Positions 8,078 through 16,179 of a stretch of DNA of 64,000 nucleotides are shown in pieces. The DNA is taken from positions 35,465-99,464 of the forward strand of contig DASZWI010000131.1 of the NCBI GenBank assembly GCA_035546715.1, in the 5' to 3' direction. Made by a program: the position numbers and the translations under genes. Origin of the DNA: Gaiellaceae bacterium (lineage in GTDB: Bacteria > Actinomycetota > Thermoleophilia > Gaiellales > Gaiellaceae). How positions within the stretch are numbered: position 1 is the stretch's first letter; every line of letters begins with the position of its first letter. The notes beneath the pieces were generated by a model. It was not told the origin of the DNA. It did not search any database and worked only from the letters and a program-made list of their open reading frames with translations.

Positions 8078-8905
8078 CTACATCTGCACGTAGCCGGTTG
8101 CCTCGGAAGGCGACCGCTGTACTCGCTGGACGGCGTTGCCGTAGTTGCCCTCGACGGTCGTGAGCGACCCGTCCGGGTTGACCGATTCGACGATTCCGAC
8201 GTGGCGATCGCCGTAGAGCACGAGGTCGCCCGGCGCCGGCGTGGCCGTTGCCGGCAACAGCCGGCCGGTGCGCGAGGCCCAGTCGGCGATGCCCGCCACG
8301 GAGCTGAGCCCTTGGCCGAGGTCGCCGATCGGCTCGCCCGCCTGCGCGGCGGCCCAGGAGACGAACTCGGCGCACCACGGCTGGCCGGGCTGCGAGCCTG
8401 CGACGGCGGCGCGGTACGCGTCGAGCGCCGGCCCGTCGTTGGAGCCGGGCGGGTCCTCGCCGACGCCGAGCTGGGTCTGCGCCGCGGCGAGCACCCGGGC
8501 GCCCGCCGTGCCGGGGTACGCGGTGAGCGACGGCAGCGAGCCGAGGCTCGTGCCGGTCGCCTGCGCGAGCGCGAGCCGCTCGAGGAGCGCCGACGCGGAG
8601 GCCGGCGTCGAGCCGAGCCCCGCGAGCGAGCCGCCCGGAGTGCCGAGCGCGCCCGGAGTGCCGAGCGCGCCCAGCGACGCCAGGGACGAGAGCGGGTCGG
8701 CCGACGCGTCCGTCTCGCCGTCCGGCGAGCTCAGCGCCGCGAGCGGCAGCGTCGCCGAGGCGAGGGCGTCCGCGAACGACGAGCCCGACCCGGACGCGGG
8801 CGTCGACGCCGCCGCGGAAGCGACGGGCGCGGCGGTCGGGCTCGCGGCCGCGCCGGCGAGCTGCTGAAGGGTCGCGACGCGGGACAGGACGTCGTCGATG
8901 CTCAT
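8078..8905 (-). CDS. CHAP-domain peptidoglycan hydrolase with Ala/Ser/Gly-rich linker
   Basis: The C-terminal domain carries the catalytic Cys motif (GQPWCAEFVSWA) and His motif (GDLVLYGDRHVGIVESV) typical of CHAP/NlpC-like amidases. Located inside the flagellar locus. Confidence 0.75.
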   Translation of the reverse strand: MSIDDVLSRVATLQQLAGAAASPTAAPVASAAASTPASGSGSSFADALASATLPLAALSSPDGETDASADPLSSLASLGALGTPGALGTPGGSLAGLGSTPASASALLERLALAQATGTSLGSLPSLTAYPGTAGARVLAAAQTQLGVGEDPPGSNDGPALDAYRAAVAGSQPGQPWCAEFVSWAAAQAGEPIGDLGQGLSSVAGIADWASRTGRLLPATATPAPGDLVLYGDRHVGIVESVNPDGSLTTVEGNYGNAVQRVQRSPSEATGYVQM

Positions 8906-8921
8906 CCCCCGAGGAATCGAC

Positions 8922-8950
8922 CGCTACGGGCTCGAGTTGAGCCCGTAGCG
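8922..8950 (-). promoter_or_regulatory. 12-bp stem-loop immediately upstream of the CHAP gene start
   Basis: Minus strand reads CGCTACGGGCTC-aactc-GAGCCCGTAGCG and ends 17 nt before ATG 8905. Its function is unknown (second terminator or leader structure). Confidence 0.3.
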
Positions 8951-8959
8951 GGGACTCCC

Positions 8960-8996
8960 GGAAACACCGAAGGCCCGACGGAAGACGGGCCTTCGG
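8960..8996 (-). terminator. Intrinsic terminator of flagellin 2
   Basis: Minus strand reads CCGAAGGCCCG-tcttccgt-CGGGCCTTCGG (11-bp stem) followed by TGTTTCC, about 20 nt after the flagellin 2 stop. Confidence 0.6.
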
Positions 8997-9016
8997 ACGC
9001 TCGATGCGGTGAGCGT

Positions 9017-9835
9017 TTACTGGAGCAGGCGCAGAACCGACTGCTGGGACTGGTTCGCCTGCGAGAGCATCGACGTGCCGGCCTGCTCGAGGACCTGGAG
9101 CTTGGTGAAGTTCACCATCTCCGCCGCCATGTCGACGTCCTTGATCTGGCTCGCGGACGCGCTCAGGTTCTCCTCGTACGTGGCGAGGTTGTTGAGCGTG
9201 TGCTGGAGGCGGTTCTGCACGGCGCCGAACGTGGAGCGGGCCGTGGAGACCGAGTCGATCGCGGCGTCGATCGACGCCAGGTTCACGGTCGAGCCGGTGA
9301 AGTTGAAGATCGACGAGTCGATGTCGAAGCTCGCGCCCGAGCCGAACAGCCTGAGCGCGGAGACGGTCACCGTCTCGCCGTCGTCGGCGCCCACCTGGAA
9401 GGTGATGGTGCCGCCGCCGGAGAGCAGCGCGATCCCGTTGAACTTCGTCTGGCTGGCGATCCGGTTGATCTCGGCGCAGAGCTGGGCGACCTCGTTCGTG
9501 ATCGAGGCCTTGTCCGAGGTCGACAGGGTGCCGTTGTTGTACTCGACCGCGAGGTCGCGAACGCGCTGCAGCATCGACTGCACCTCGTTCATCGAGCCGT
9601 CGGCCGTCTGGACCAGCGACACCGCGTCCTGCGCGTTGCGCTGACCCTGCTCGAGGCCGCTGACCTGCGCGGCGAGCTTCTCGCTGATGGCGAGACCCGC
9701 GGCGTCGTCGGCCGCCTTGTTGATGCGGTAGCCGGAGCTGAGGCGCTCCATCGACTGCGAGATCGCCTGCGAGGTACCCACCAGGTTCCGGTGGGCGTCC
9801 ATGGCTTCGATATTGGTCTGGATGCGAAGGCCCAT
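9017..9835 (-). CDS. fliC: Flagellin paralogue (272 aa)
   Basis: MGLRIQTNIEAMDAHRNLVG..LSSGYRINKAADDAAGLAIS..GAVQNRLQHT..MVNFTKLQVLEQAGTSMLSQAN. Roughly 85% identical by eye to flagellin 1, with the same length. Confidence 0.97.
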   Translation of the reverse strand: MGLRIQTNIEAMDAHRNLVGTSQAISQSMERLSSGYRINKAADDAAGLAISEKLAAQVSGLEQGQRNAQDAVSLVQTADGSMNEVQSMLQRVRDLAVEYNNGTLSTSDKASITNEVAQLCAEINRIASQTKFNGIALLSGGGTITFQVGADDGETVTVSALRLFGSGASFDIDSSIFNFTGSTVNLASIDAAIDSVSTARSTFGAVQNRLQHTLNNLATYEENLSASASQIKDVDMAAEMVNFTKLQVLEQAGTSMLSQANQSQQSVLRLLQ

Positions 9836-9841
9836 CTTGGT

Positions 9842-9855
9842 CGGATTCCTTTCCG
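9842..9855 (-). promoter_or_regulatory. Small hairpin CGGA-AAGGAA-TCCG overlapping the SD of flagellin 2 (candidate CsrA site)
   Basis: GGA lies in the loop of a 4-bp stem, 6 nt upstream of ATG 9835. It sits in the 58-nt csrA-flagellin spacer. Confidence 0.35.
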
Positions 9856-9893
9856 AAGGGGTAGAGCTGGGGACGGTGGCTCTCGGGGAGCCC

Positions 9894-10127
9894 TTACGGA
9901 GTGCTGCGGTTGTTCTTGTTGGAAGACGGCAGGTTGGCGATGCTCGCTCCGGCCGCGGCCCGGTTCTCCTCCTTGACGGCCTCCCAGATCTCGTGGCGGT
10001 ACACGGGGATCTCGGCGGGCGCCTCGATGCCGAGCCTCACCGTCTGGCCGACGACCTCGAGCACCGTGATGGTGACGTCGTCGCCCAGGCAGATCCGCTC
10101 GCCGGGCTTGCGGGTGATCACGAGCAT
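9894..10127 (-). CDS. csrA: Carbon storage regulator CsrA
   Basis: 77 aa. MLVITRKPGERICLGDDVTITVLEVVGQTVRLGIEAPAEIPVYRHEIWEAV is the CsrA signature. AGGAGG SD upstream. Lies between fliW and flagellin, as in Bacillus. Confidence 0.95.
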   Translation of the reverse strand: MLVITRKPGERICLGDDVTITVLEVVGQTVRLGIEAPAEIPVYRHEIWEAVKEENRAAAGASIANLPSSNKNNRSTP

Positions 10128-10138
10128 TCCATTGCCTC

Positions 10139-10621
10139 CTATCCGGCCGCCGCCGTCACGGGGACGGCAGAGCGCGTCGGCTGCACCTCGTTCAGCTCCA
10201 CCTCGGAAAAGAGGGGGTGCCGGACAGAGTACCCGCCGACGTCGTTCAGAACCTGCCGGCCCACGCGAGCGCCGGCGTTGATGATCACCGGACCTGCGAG
10301 GTTGATGGTGAAGTCGGCGATGTTCTCGGTGGCGCGGACGACGCACACGATGTACGCGTCGCTCGGGTCGTTGAGATCGAGGCGGCGTGCCTCCTCCTCG
10401 CTGACCCGCACCTCGTAGTCGCTGACGAAGAGCCACGGTGAGGTAACGGGCACCGCGACGTCGGGGTGCTCCACGGAGTGGAGCCAGAAGAAGGGCGAGT
10501 CGTCGCTTCCGGCGACGAACGCCCACCGCTCTCCCCGAAGGCCGGGGAGCCCATCCGGGAACTCGAGCACCGCGTCGTCGCGGATCTCGATCGTCCCGAA
10601 TCTTGTGCTTGCGATCTGCAT
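10139..10621 (-). CDS. fliW: Flagellar assembly factor FliW
   Basis: 160 aa. MQIASTRFGTIEIRDDAVLEFPDGLPGL..PFFWLHS..TINLAGPVIIN matches the FliW family. Confidence 0.93.
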   Translation of the reverse strand: MQIASTRFGTIEIRDDAVLEFPDGLPGLRGERWAFVAGSDDSPFFWLHSVEHPDVAVPVTSPWLFVSDYEVRVSEEEARRLDLNDPSDAYIVCVVRATENIADFTINLAGPVIINAGARVGRQVLNDVGGYSVRHPLFSEVELNEVQPTRSAVPVTAAAG

Positions 10622-10645
10622 CAGGTTTGGCCTCCTTTCGGCCTG

Positions 10646-11530
10646 TTAGGAGCTGAGGAAATCCATGAGCGAGGGCTGGATCAGGGTCGCGCCCGCCTTC
10701 AGCGCCGCCTGATAGACCGCTGACTGGGTCGAGAAGTCGATCATCGTCTGCGCCATGTCGGCGTCCTGCGTGTCGGACAGCTGCTGCGACTGCGCCTGCT
10801 CGAGCTGCTGGAGGCGGCTCGCGGCGGTGGTCAGCCGGTTCTCGCGCGCGCCGACCGTCGCCTGGGCGGACGAGAGCTGCGCGGTCGCCGCGTCGAGCGC
10901 GGCCAGGTCGGTCGTGCCGAGGTTGCCGGGCGTGCCGCCGGAGCGCAGGTCGATCGCGGCCTGCCGGATCGCCGCCAGGATCGGGGAGACGACCTGGTCG
11001 CCGGTGATGTTGACCTGCATCGTCACGCCCTGGCCGATCGACCGGTTGATCGCGGCGCTGTTGCCGGCGTAGGTGTCGACGGCGCCCATCGCGAACGGGG
11101 GGGTCTGCGTCACGGTGCCGCCGAAGACGTAGTTGCCGGCGTACTGGCTGTTCCCGGCCGTCTTGATCGAGTCCGCCAGCTGGTCGAGCTCGTCCGCGAT
11201 CGCGTCCCGGTCGTTCTGGTCGAAGCTGCCGTTGGCGCCCTCGAGGATCAGGTCGCGGGCGCGGCCGGCGTCGCTCGACATCGAGCTGAGCGCGGCGTCG
11301 GTGGTGGTGAGCCACGACGACGCGTCCTGGACGTTCGACTGGTACTGGGTGTTGGCCGAGATCTCGCTCGTGAAGAGCAACGCACGGCTGGTGCCGAACG
11401 GGTCGTCGGACGGCTTCGTGATCTCCTTGCCGGACGACAGCCGCTCCTGCGTGGAGGTGAGCTGGGCCTGGACGTTCTGGATGTCGGCCAGGACGGTCCG
11501 CGAGACCATCGAGTTCGTGATGCGCGTCAT
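10646..11530 (-). CDS. flgL: Hook-associated protein 3 FlgL
   Basis: 294 aa. Flagellin-like N-terminus MTRITNSMVSRTVLADIQNVQAQLTSTQERLSSGKEITKPSDDP. Position after flgK. Confidence 0.9.
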   Translation of the reverse strand: MTRITNSMVSRTVLADIQNVQAQLTSTQERLSSGKEITKPSDDPFGTSRALLFTSEISANTQYQSNVQDASSWLTTTDAALSSMSSDAGRARDLILEGANGSFDQNDRDAIADELDQLADSIKTAGNSQYAGNYVFGGTVTQTPPFAMGAVDTYAGNSAAINRSIGQGVTMQVNITGDQVVSPILAAIRQAAIDLRSGGTPGNLGTTDLAALDAATAQLSSAQATVGARENRLTTAASRLQQLEQAQSQQLSDTQDADMAQTMIDFSTQSAVYQAALKAGATLIQPSLMDFLSS

Positions 11531-12934
11531 CTACAGGCCCACCCTTCCGGTGCGGTCGATGAGGGTCGAGAGGAGGTCGTCGATCGCGTTCAGCGCGCGC
11601 GAGGCCGCCTGGTAGCCCTGCTGGAACTTGACGAGGTTCGTCATCTCCTCGTCCAGCGAGACGCCCGAGACGGAGTCGCGGCGGCTCGTCAGCGAGTCGA
11701 CCAGGACGCCGGCGTTCGTGTTGGCGCGCTGCGCGGACTGCGCGTCGGAGCCGATCGTCGTGACGAGCCGCGAGTAGGCGCCCGAGAGGGTCGCGCCGGC
11801 GAGCGGGGTGAGCGTCGCGTCGTCGGCCATCGCGACGATCTTCAGCGCGTTCGAGTTGTCGCCCGGCACGCCGGTTGCCGACGCGGCGGCGATCTGCGGC
11901 GCGGTGACGACGACGGCGATGTCCGACGCGTCCGTGCCGCTGAAGAACGGCTTGCCCGTCGAGCCGTCGAGGCCCACGCCGCCGGTCTGGGTGACGCCGT
12001 TGACGTCGGTGCCGCCGGCCTGAAGCGCGTTCGTCTGGACGATCAGCGTGTTCGCGATCGTGTCGAGCGTCGACGCGTAGCCCGGGATGGTGACGTCGCG
12101 GAGGTTGACCAGTCCGCCGATCTTCCCCTGCGTCGACGTGATCGTCGCCGTCTCGGGCGTCGTCATGTTGTTCGACAGCGTCCCGCCCGACTCGCTCAGG
12201 GTGTACGCGGTCTTGCCGGCGGTGAGCGTGACGCCGTCGAGCTTGACGGTGATCGTGCCGTCGCCGTTGTCGGTCGAGCTGAGGCTGCCGTACTGCGAGA
12301 GGTCGTCGAGCACCTGGTCGCGCTGGTCGAGCAGGTCGTTCGGGGTGTCGCCGACCGCCTGGGCGTTGTAGATCGCCGTGTTGAGCTGCTGCAGCGTCTT
12401 GCCGTCGGCGTTGACCTGGTCGAGCGCGAGGCTCAGGTCCTGGCTCGTCTGCGACGTGATCGTCGAGAGCTGGCTGGAGATGGTGTTGAAGCCGTCGGCG
12501 AGGCTGGTCGCCGACTCGACGAGCGCCTGGCGCGTGCCCGGGTCCTCGGGGTGGTCGGACAGGTCCTGCCACGACTGCCAGTAGGCGTCGAGCAGGCTGT
12601 TCAGACCGGTGTCGGACGGCTCGTTGATGACGCCCTCGATCTGGCCCAGGTAGTCCTCCTGCGTCTGCGCCGAGCCCTGGAGCATCGTCTGGGCGCGCAG
12701 CTGCGTGTCGAGGAACGAGTCGCGGATCCGCTGGTACCCCGTGACGTTGACGCCCGTGCCCATCTCCACGCCCGGGCCGATCTGGAGCTCGGGCGAGGTC
12801 GCGAGCGTCGCCGTCTGGCGCGTGTAGCCCTTGGTGTTGGCGTTCGTGATGTTGTGGCCGGTGATCTGAAGCTCGGCCTGCGCGGCGTTCAGCCCGCGGA
12901 GGGCGGTCTCGATCCCGACGAAGGTGGACGGCAT
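11531..12934 (-). CDS. flgK: Hook-associated protein 1 FlgK
   Basis: 467 aa. N-terminus MPSTFVGIETALRGLNAAQAELQITGHNITNANTKGYTRQ and C-terminus SGVSLDEEMTNLVKFQQGYQAASRAL. Confidence 0.93.
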   Translation of the reverse strand: MPSTFVGIETALRGLNAAQAELQITGHNITNANTKGYTRQTATLATSPELQIGPGVEMGTGVNVTGYQRIRDSFLDTQLRAQTMLQGSAQTQEDYLGQIEGVINEPSDTGLNSLLDAYWQSWQDLSDHPEDPGTRQALVESATSLADGFNTISSQLSTITSQTSQDLSLALDQVNADGKTLQQLNTAIYNAQAVGDTPNDLLDQRDQVLDDLSQYGSLSSTDNGDGTITVKLDGVTLTAGKTAYTLSESGGTLSNNMTTPETATITSTQGKIGGLVNLRDVTIPGYASTLDTIANTLIVQTNALQAGGTDVNGVTQTGGVGLDGSTGKPFFSGTDASDIAVVVTAPQIAAASATGVPGDNSNALKIVAMADDATLTPLAGATLSGAYSRLVTTIGSDAQSAQRANTNAGVLVDSLTSRRDSVSGVSLDEEMTNLVKFQQGYQAASRALNAIDDLLSTLIDRTGRVGL

Positions 12935-12937
12935 GGC

Positions 12938-13417
12938 TCAGACCCTCGCGTTCACGACGTTGTGGGCCTGGGGGACGCTCGCCCACCCGGTCGGCGAGTA
13001 GCCGGCCTGCGGCGTGTTGGACAGCACGCGCATGAGGTGGTCGAGGAAGGTGAGCTCCTGGCGGATCAGGATCCGGTTCTGGTCGTGGACGCGGCCGATC
13101 TCGAGCAGGAGGCCCATCAGCTCCGCCGACATCCGGCGCGCCTCGTCGGCCTCGGCGGGCGGTGCGCCGACCAGGAAGGTCTCGAGGTCGACCGACTCCG
13201 GCGCGATGCCGTGCAGCGCCGCCGCGGAGGCGAGGATCTGCTCGCGCTCCACCTCGAGGCGGGCGCGGTAGGCCATTTCCGCCTGCACGTCGGCGAGGCT
13301 GGCGAGGACGGTCTCGACGTCCTGCCGGCGGATCGCCCCGTTCTGCTGCAGGACGACCTCGAGCAGGCGGCGCGACGACTCGAGCTGCTTGCGCATGTGG
13401 TCGAGCAGCCGGTTCAC
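12938..13417 (-). CDS. FlgN-like export chaperone
   Basis: 159-aa helical protein (LLDHMRKQLESSRRLLEVVLQQNGAIRRQD..) directly upstream of flgK-flgL, as for flgN/yvyG. Confidence 0.6.
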   Translation of the reverse strand: MNRLLDHMRKQLESSRRLLEVVLQQNGAIRRQDVETVLASLADVQAEMAYRARLEVEREQILASAAALHGIAPESVDLETFLVGAPPAEADEARRMSAELMGLLLEIGRVHDQNRILIRQELTFLDHLMRVLSNTPQAGYSPTGWASVPQAHNVVNARV

Positions 13418-13770
13418 GACGCCCTCCTGGCGGTGTCGCCGGCCGGCGCGTCGAGCGTGCCGCCGAGGGCGGTGTAGAGCTGCGGCGCGAGGCCGAGCCC
13501 GCCGTTCGAGACGAGGCTCTGCGTGAGGGTCTGGGGCAGCATCTGCAAGGTCATGGACATGCTCGGATCGGACGAGCTCGAGCCGCCGTCCGCGTCGTCG
13601 CCGGCGTCGGCGGCGTCCTGGAGCGACTGCGCGAGCGCCTGGGTGAGCTGCTGGTCGAGCACGCCCTCGAAGGACAGCGCGGCCTCGTACTTCTGGACCG
13701 CGGCGGTGCCCTGGGCGCGCACGCCGGCCGGGACGGCCGAGAGATCGATGGGGGGCAGGCCGTCGCTCAT
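13414..13770 (-). CDS. Rod-binding protein (FlgJ N-terminal-domain-like, no hydrolase domain)
   Basis: 118 aa. KYEAALSFEGVLDQQLTQAL and the C-terminal NGGLGLAPQLYTAL resemble the Rod_binding domain (..GGGIGLA..L..QL). Confidence 0.55.
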   Translation of the reverse strand: MSDGLPPIDLSAVPAGVRAQGTAAVQKYEAALSFEGVLDQQLTQALAQSLQDAADAGDDADGGSSSSDPSMSMTLQMLPQTLTQSLVSNGGLGLAPQLYTALGGTLDAPAGDTARRAS

Positions 13771-14489
13771 GTGCTCGTGATCTGGTTGGCGATCTGGAGC
13801 ATCTGGTCCTCGGTCTGGATCGCCCGGCTCGAGAGGCTGTAGGTCTGCTGCGCGTCGAGCAGGTCGGTCATCGCCGACGCGGTGTCGACGTTCGACTCCT
13901 CGAGCGCGCTCTGCTGGATGCGCCCACCGCGGAGCGGCGCCGCCGCGCCGCTCGCGGTGGTGGCGACGAAGGTGCTGTCTCCGACCGCGAGCAGACCGCC
14001 CGGCGAGGGGACGTTCGCCAGGGCGATCTGGCCCACGATCCGACCAGCGACGGTGACCGTCCCGCTCTCCGAGACCGACACGTCCGACGGCTGCGCGCCC
14101 TTCGGGATCGTGACGGGGGGAACGAGGCGGTCACCCTGCGACGTGACCAGCGAGCCCGATGCGTCGAGCTTGAAGCTGCCGTCGCGAGTCAGTCCGACGG
14201 TGCCGTCGGGACGACGGATCTGGAAGAAGCCGGGGCCGTCGATGGCCAGCGACAGCGGGTCGCTGGCGTCGGTCACCGTACCCTGCGCGCTCGAGCGGCC
14301 CGCGTCGATCGCGGCGGCGCCGGCGCCGACGGCCACGTTGGCCTCACGGCTGTAGACGAGATCGTGGAAGGCGACGCGCTGGCTCTTGTAGCCGGGCGTA
14401 TCGGCGTTCGCCAGGTCGTTGGCGATCGCGTCCATCCTCGTCTGTTGAGCCGCCATTCCGGCGGCCGCGGCATAGATGCCGTCTGCCAT
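13767..14489 (-). CDS. flgG: Flagellar rod protein (FlgG-type)
   Basis: Internal ATG 14489 of ORF 13767..15992. 240 aa. MADGIYAAAAGMAAQQTRMDAIANDLANADTPGYK and C-terminus ESNVDTASAMTDLLDAQQTYSLSSRAIQTEDQML. Confidence 0.85.
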   Translation of the reverse strand: MADGIYAAAAGMAAQQTRMDAIANDLANADTPGYKSQRVAFHDLVYSREANVAVGAGAAAIDAGRSSAQGTVTDASDPLSLAIDGPGFFQIRRPDGTVGLTRDGSFKLDASGSLVTSQGDRLVPPVTIPKGAQPSDVSVSESGTVTVAGRIVGQIALANVPSPGGLLAVGDSTFVATTASGAAAPLRGGRIQQSALEESNVDTASAMTDLLDAQQTYSLSSRAIQTEDQMLQIANQITST

Positions 14490-14638
14490 GTGAAGCCTAG
14501 CCCTTCCGTTGTGCCGTTCGGTTTGGCGGAGGGGGTCGGGAGGCCGACTTCGGCGGTCTCCCAGGGCTTCTGCAAAGCAGTCCGGCCTGGGGCCCCTCCT
14601 ACTGACGGCCCGTGTGATCGGCCGAGGCCGGCCGATCT

Positions 14639-15361
14639 TTAGACGCCCCCTGCCTGGATGCCCTTCTGGAGGGTCTGGTCGATGCTCGAGATCGCCTTCT
14701 GGTCGGACTCGTAGGTCCGGAGGGAGGTGATCATGTCGACCATCGCCTTGGTCGGGTCCACGCCCGACCCTTCCAGGAAGCCTTGCCGCACGGTGGTGCC
14801 CGCGGGCTTCGCGCCCGGGGTGCCGGCGAAGAGGGTGTCGCCCTGCTTGAGGGGGTTCGTCAGCGACACGACCGCGACGGTGCCGAGGGCCCGGCCGCTG
14901 CGCGAGACGACGCCGTTCGCGTCGATCTCGAGGCCGTCGGAGCCGCCGACCGCGATCGTGCGGCCGTTCGTGTCGAGCACCGGGAAGCCGGTGGCGGTCG
15001 TGAGCCGGCCGGTGCCGTCCACGATCAGCTGGCCGTTCCGCGTGTAGCGCGTGCCGGCGGGCGTCTGGACGGCGAAGAACCCTTGACCGTCGAGCGCCAG
15101 GTCGAGCGGCTCGTCGGTCTCCTTCAGCGGCGCCGGCGACAGGTCGGTGTAGGTGCTCGTGATGCGAGCGCCCAGGCCGAGCGTGCCGATCGCCTGGTCG
15201 TTGGCCGTGTTCTCCAGCAGCATCGAGCCGAAGCTCGCCTGCATCGAGCGGTCCGCCTTGTAGCCAGGGGTCGACGAGTTCGCGAGATCGTTCGCGATCT
15301 GGTCTTGCCGGGTCTGCTCGGCGAGCATGCCCGACGCAGCGATGTAGAGGCCACGATCCAT
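14639..15361 (-). CDS. flgF: Flagellar rod protein (FlgF/FlgG-type)
   Basis: Internal ATG 15361. 240 aa. MDRGLYIAASGMLAEQTRQDQIANDLANSSTPGYK and C-terminus GSGVDPTKAMVDMITSLRTYESDQKAI. Confidence 0.85.
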   Translation of the reverse strand: MDRGLYIAASGMLAEQTRQDQIANDLANSSTPGYKADRSMQASFGSMLLENTANDQAIGTLGLGARITSTYTDLSPAPLKETDEPLDLALDGQGFFAVQTPAGTRYTRNGQLIVDGTGRLTTATGFPVLDTNGRTIAVGGSDGLEIDANGVVSRSGRALGTVAVVSLTNPLKQGDTLFAGTPGAKPAGTTVRQGFLEGSGVDPTKAMVDMITSLRTYESDQKAISSIDQTLQKGIQAGGV

Positions 15362-15371
15362 CGGTCGATAA
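15345..15371 (+). promoter_or_regulatory. Sigma-28-like promoter upstream of the fliK-like gene
   Basis: TAGA-N15-GTCGATAA, 6 of 8 plus 3 of 4 consensus positions, with an exact 15-nt spacer. Lies 73 nt before GTG 15445. Confidence 0.35.
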
Positions 15372-15444
15372 CGGGAGAGCGGGGACAGCCCTTCCGTGCC
15401 CCGGTCTTCGACCCCGATCGAGAGAACTTGAGCCCCGTCCGACC

Positions 15445-16179
15445 GTGAATCCCGCTGCAAACAGCCAGGTTGCGCGCCTCGCGAGCCTCCTGCTCGAGAG
15501 CGCCGCGGGGGATTCCGCGCTCGAGCTCGGCCTGCGGGCGGGCGCCGAGGCGGTCGTCCGCGTCGTCCAGGCGCCGCAGGACGGCGGCAAGGGCCTCGTC
15601 ACGCTGGCGGGCCGGCTGCTCGAGGCGCGCCTGCCGCCGGGGCTGGCTCCCGGCCAGACCGTGCCCGTGAAGGTCGTCGACGCGAACGCCGACCAGGTGC
15701 TCTTGCGCGTCCGCGACGATGCGCAGGCGCCTCCGCCCGAGCGCACGGCGCACGCGGCGGGCGCGCTTGCGGTCTCGGGGGACCCGGACCTGGTGAAGGC
15801 GGCCACGGTGCTCGCTCCGCCGGAGCTGGCGCTCCCGCTGCCGAACGGCGACGCGCTCGAGCTGGCCGTCCAGCCGGACGCCGAGGACGAGCAGGGCGGC
15901 GGGACGGGCGAGGGCGGCGCCGAGGCGGCGTTCGTGCTCCACTCCGCGGAGCTCGGGCCGATCGAGGTGCGCCTGCGCCTCGAGGGAGACACCGTCCTCG
16001 CCCGCGTCGCCGTCGACGCGGCCGCCCTCGCGGAGGCCCAGGCGGCCCTGCCGCAGCTCAGCGCGGGCCTCGAGCGGGCGACGGGATCGGCGCCGCGGGT
16101 GGGATTGCAGGCGCGGGCGCCGGACGCGCCGAAGCCTGCCCGGCCGCGCGTCGCCGAGGGGCTGGACGCCTATGCGTGA
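15445..16179 (+). CDS. FliK-like hook-length control protein (short, 244 aa)
   Basis: The C-terminal segment FVLHSAELGPIEVRLRLEGDTVLARVAVDAAALAEAQAALPQLSAGLERATG fits the Flg_hook (FliK C-terminal) pattern. Confidence 0.6.
   Translation: MNPAANSQVARLASLLLESAAGDSALELGLRAGAEAVVRVVQAPQDGGKGLVTLAGRLLEARLPPGLAPGQTVPVKVVDANADQVLLRVRDDAQAPPPERTAHAAGALAVSGDPDLVKAATVLAPPELALPLPNGDALELAVQPDAEDEQGGGTGEGGAEAAFVLHSAELGPIEVRLRLEGDTVLARVAVDAAALAEAQAALPQLSAGLERATGSAPRVGLQARAPDAPKPARPRVAEGLDAYA

Noticed and set aside
9836-9893. A sigma-28 promoter for flagellin 2 in the csrA-flagellin spacer (TAAG-N15-ACCGTCCC).
   Set aside because: Only 3 of 8 positions in the -10 element match, which is not distinguishable from background. 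Flagellin 2 may be co-transcribed with fliW-csrA or use a promoter that I cannot recognise.
9894-12986. Very long ORFs on the wrong strand or frame. Examples are 9894..12986 (1030 aa), 16058..18946 (962 aa), 20291..23350 (1019 aa), 42629..45754 (1041 aa), 199..2259 and 1627..3504.
   Set aside because: Their translations are Arg/Pro/Gly/Ala-rich low-complexity strings without motifs. They overlap genes with unmistakable flagellar or enzyme signatures. They are typical shadow ORFs of stop-codon-poor, high-GC DNA. Only the 3' 234 nt of 9894..12986 (csrA) is real.
14490-14638. The 149-nt spacer between the two rod genes as a regulatory element. It contains the hairpin GGGAGACCG..CGGCCTCCC, and the downstream rod gene has a poor SD.
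   Set aside because: There is a single weak hairpin with no similarity to the repeat family and no promoter motif. The evidence is insufficient for a call.
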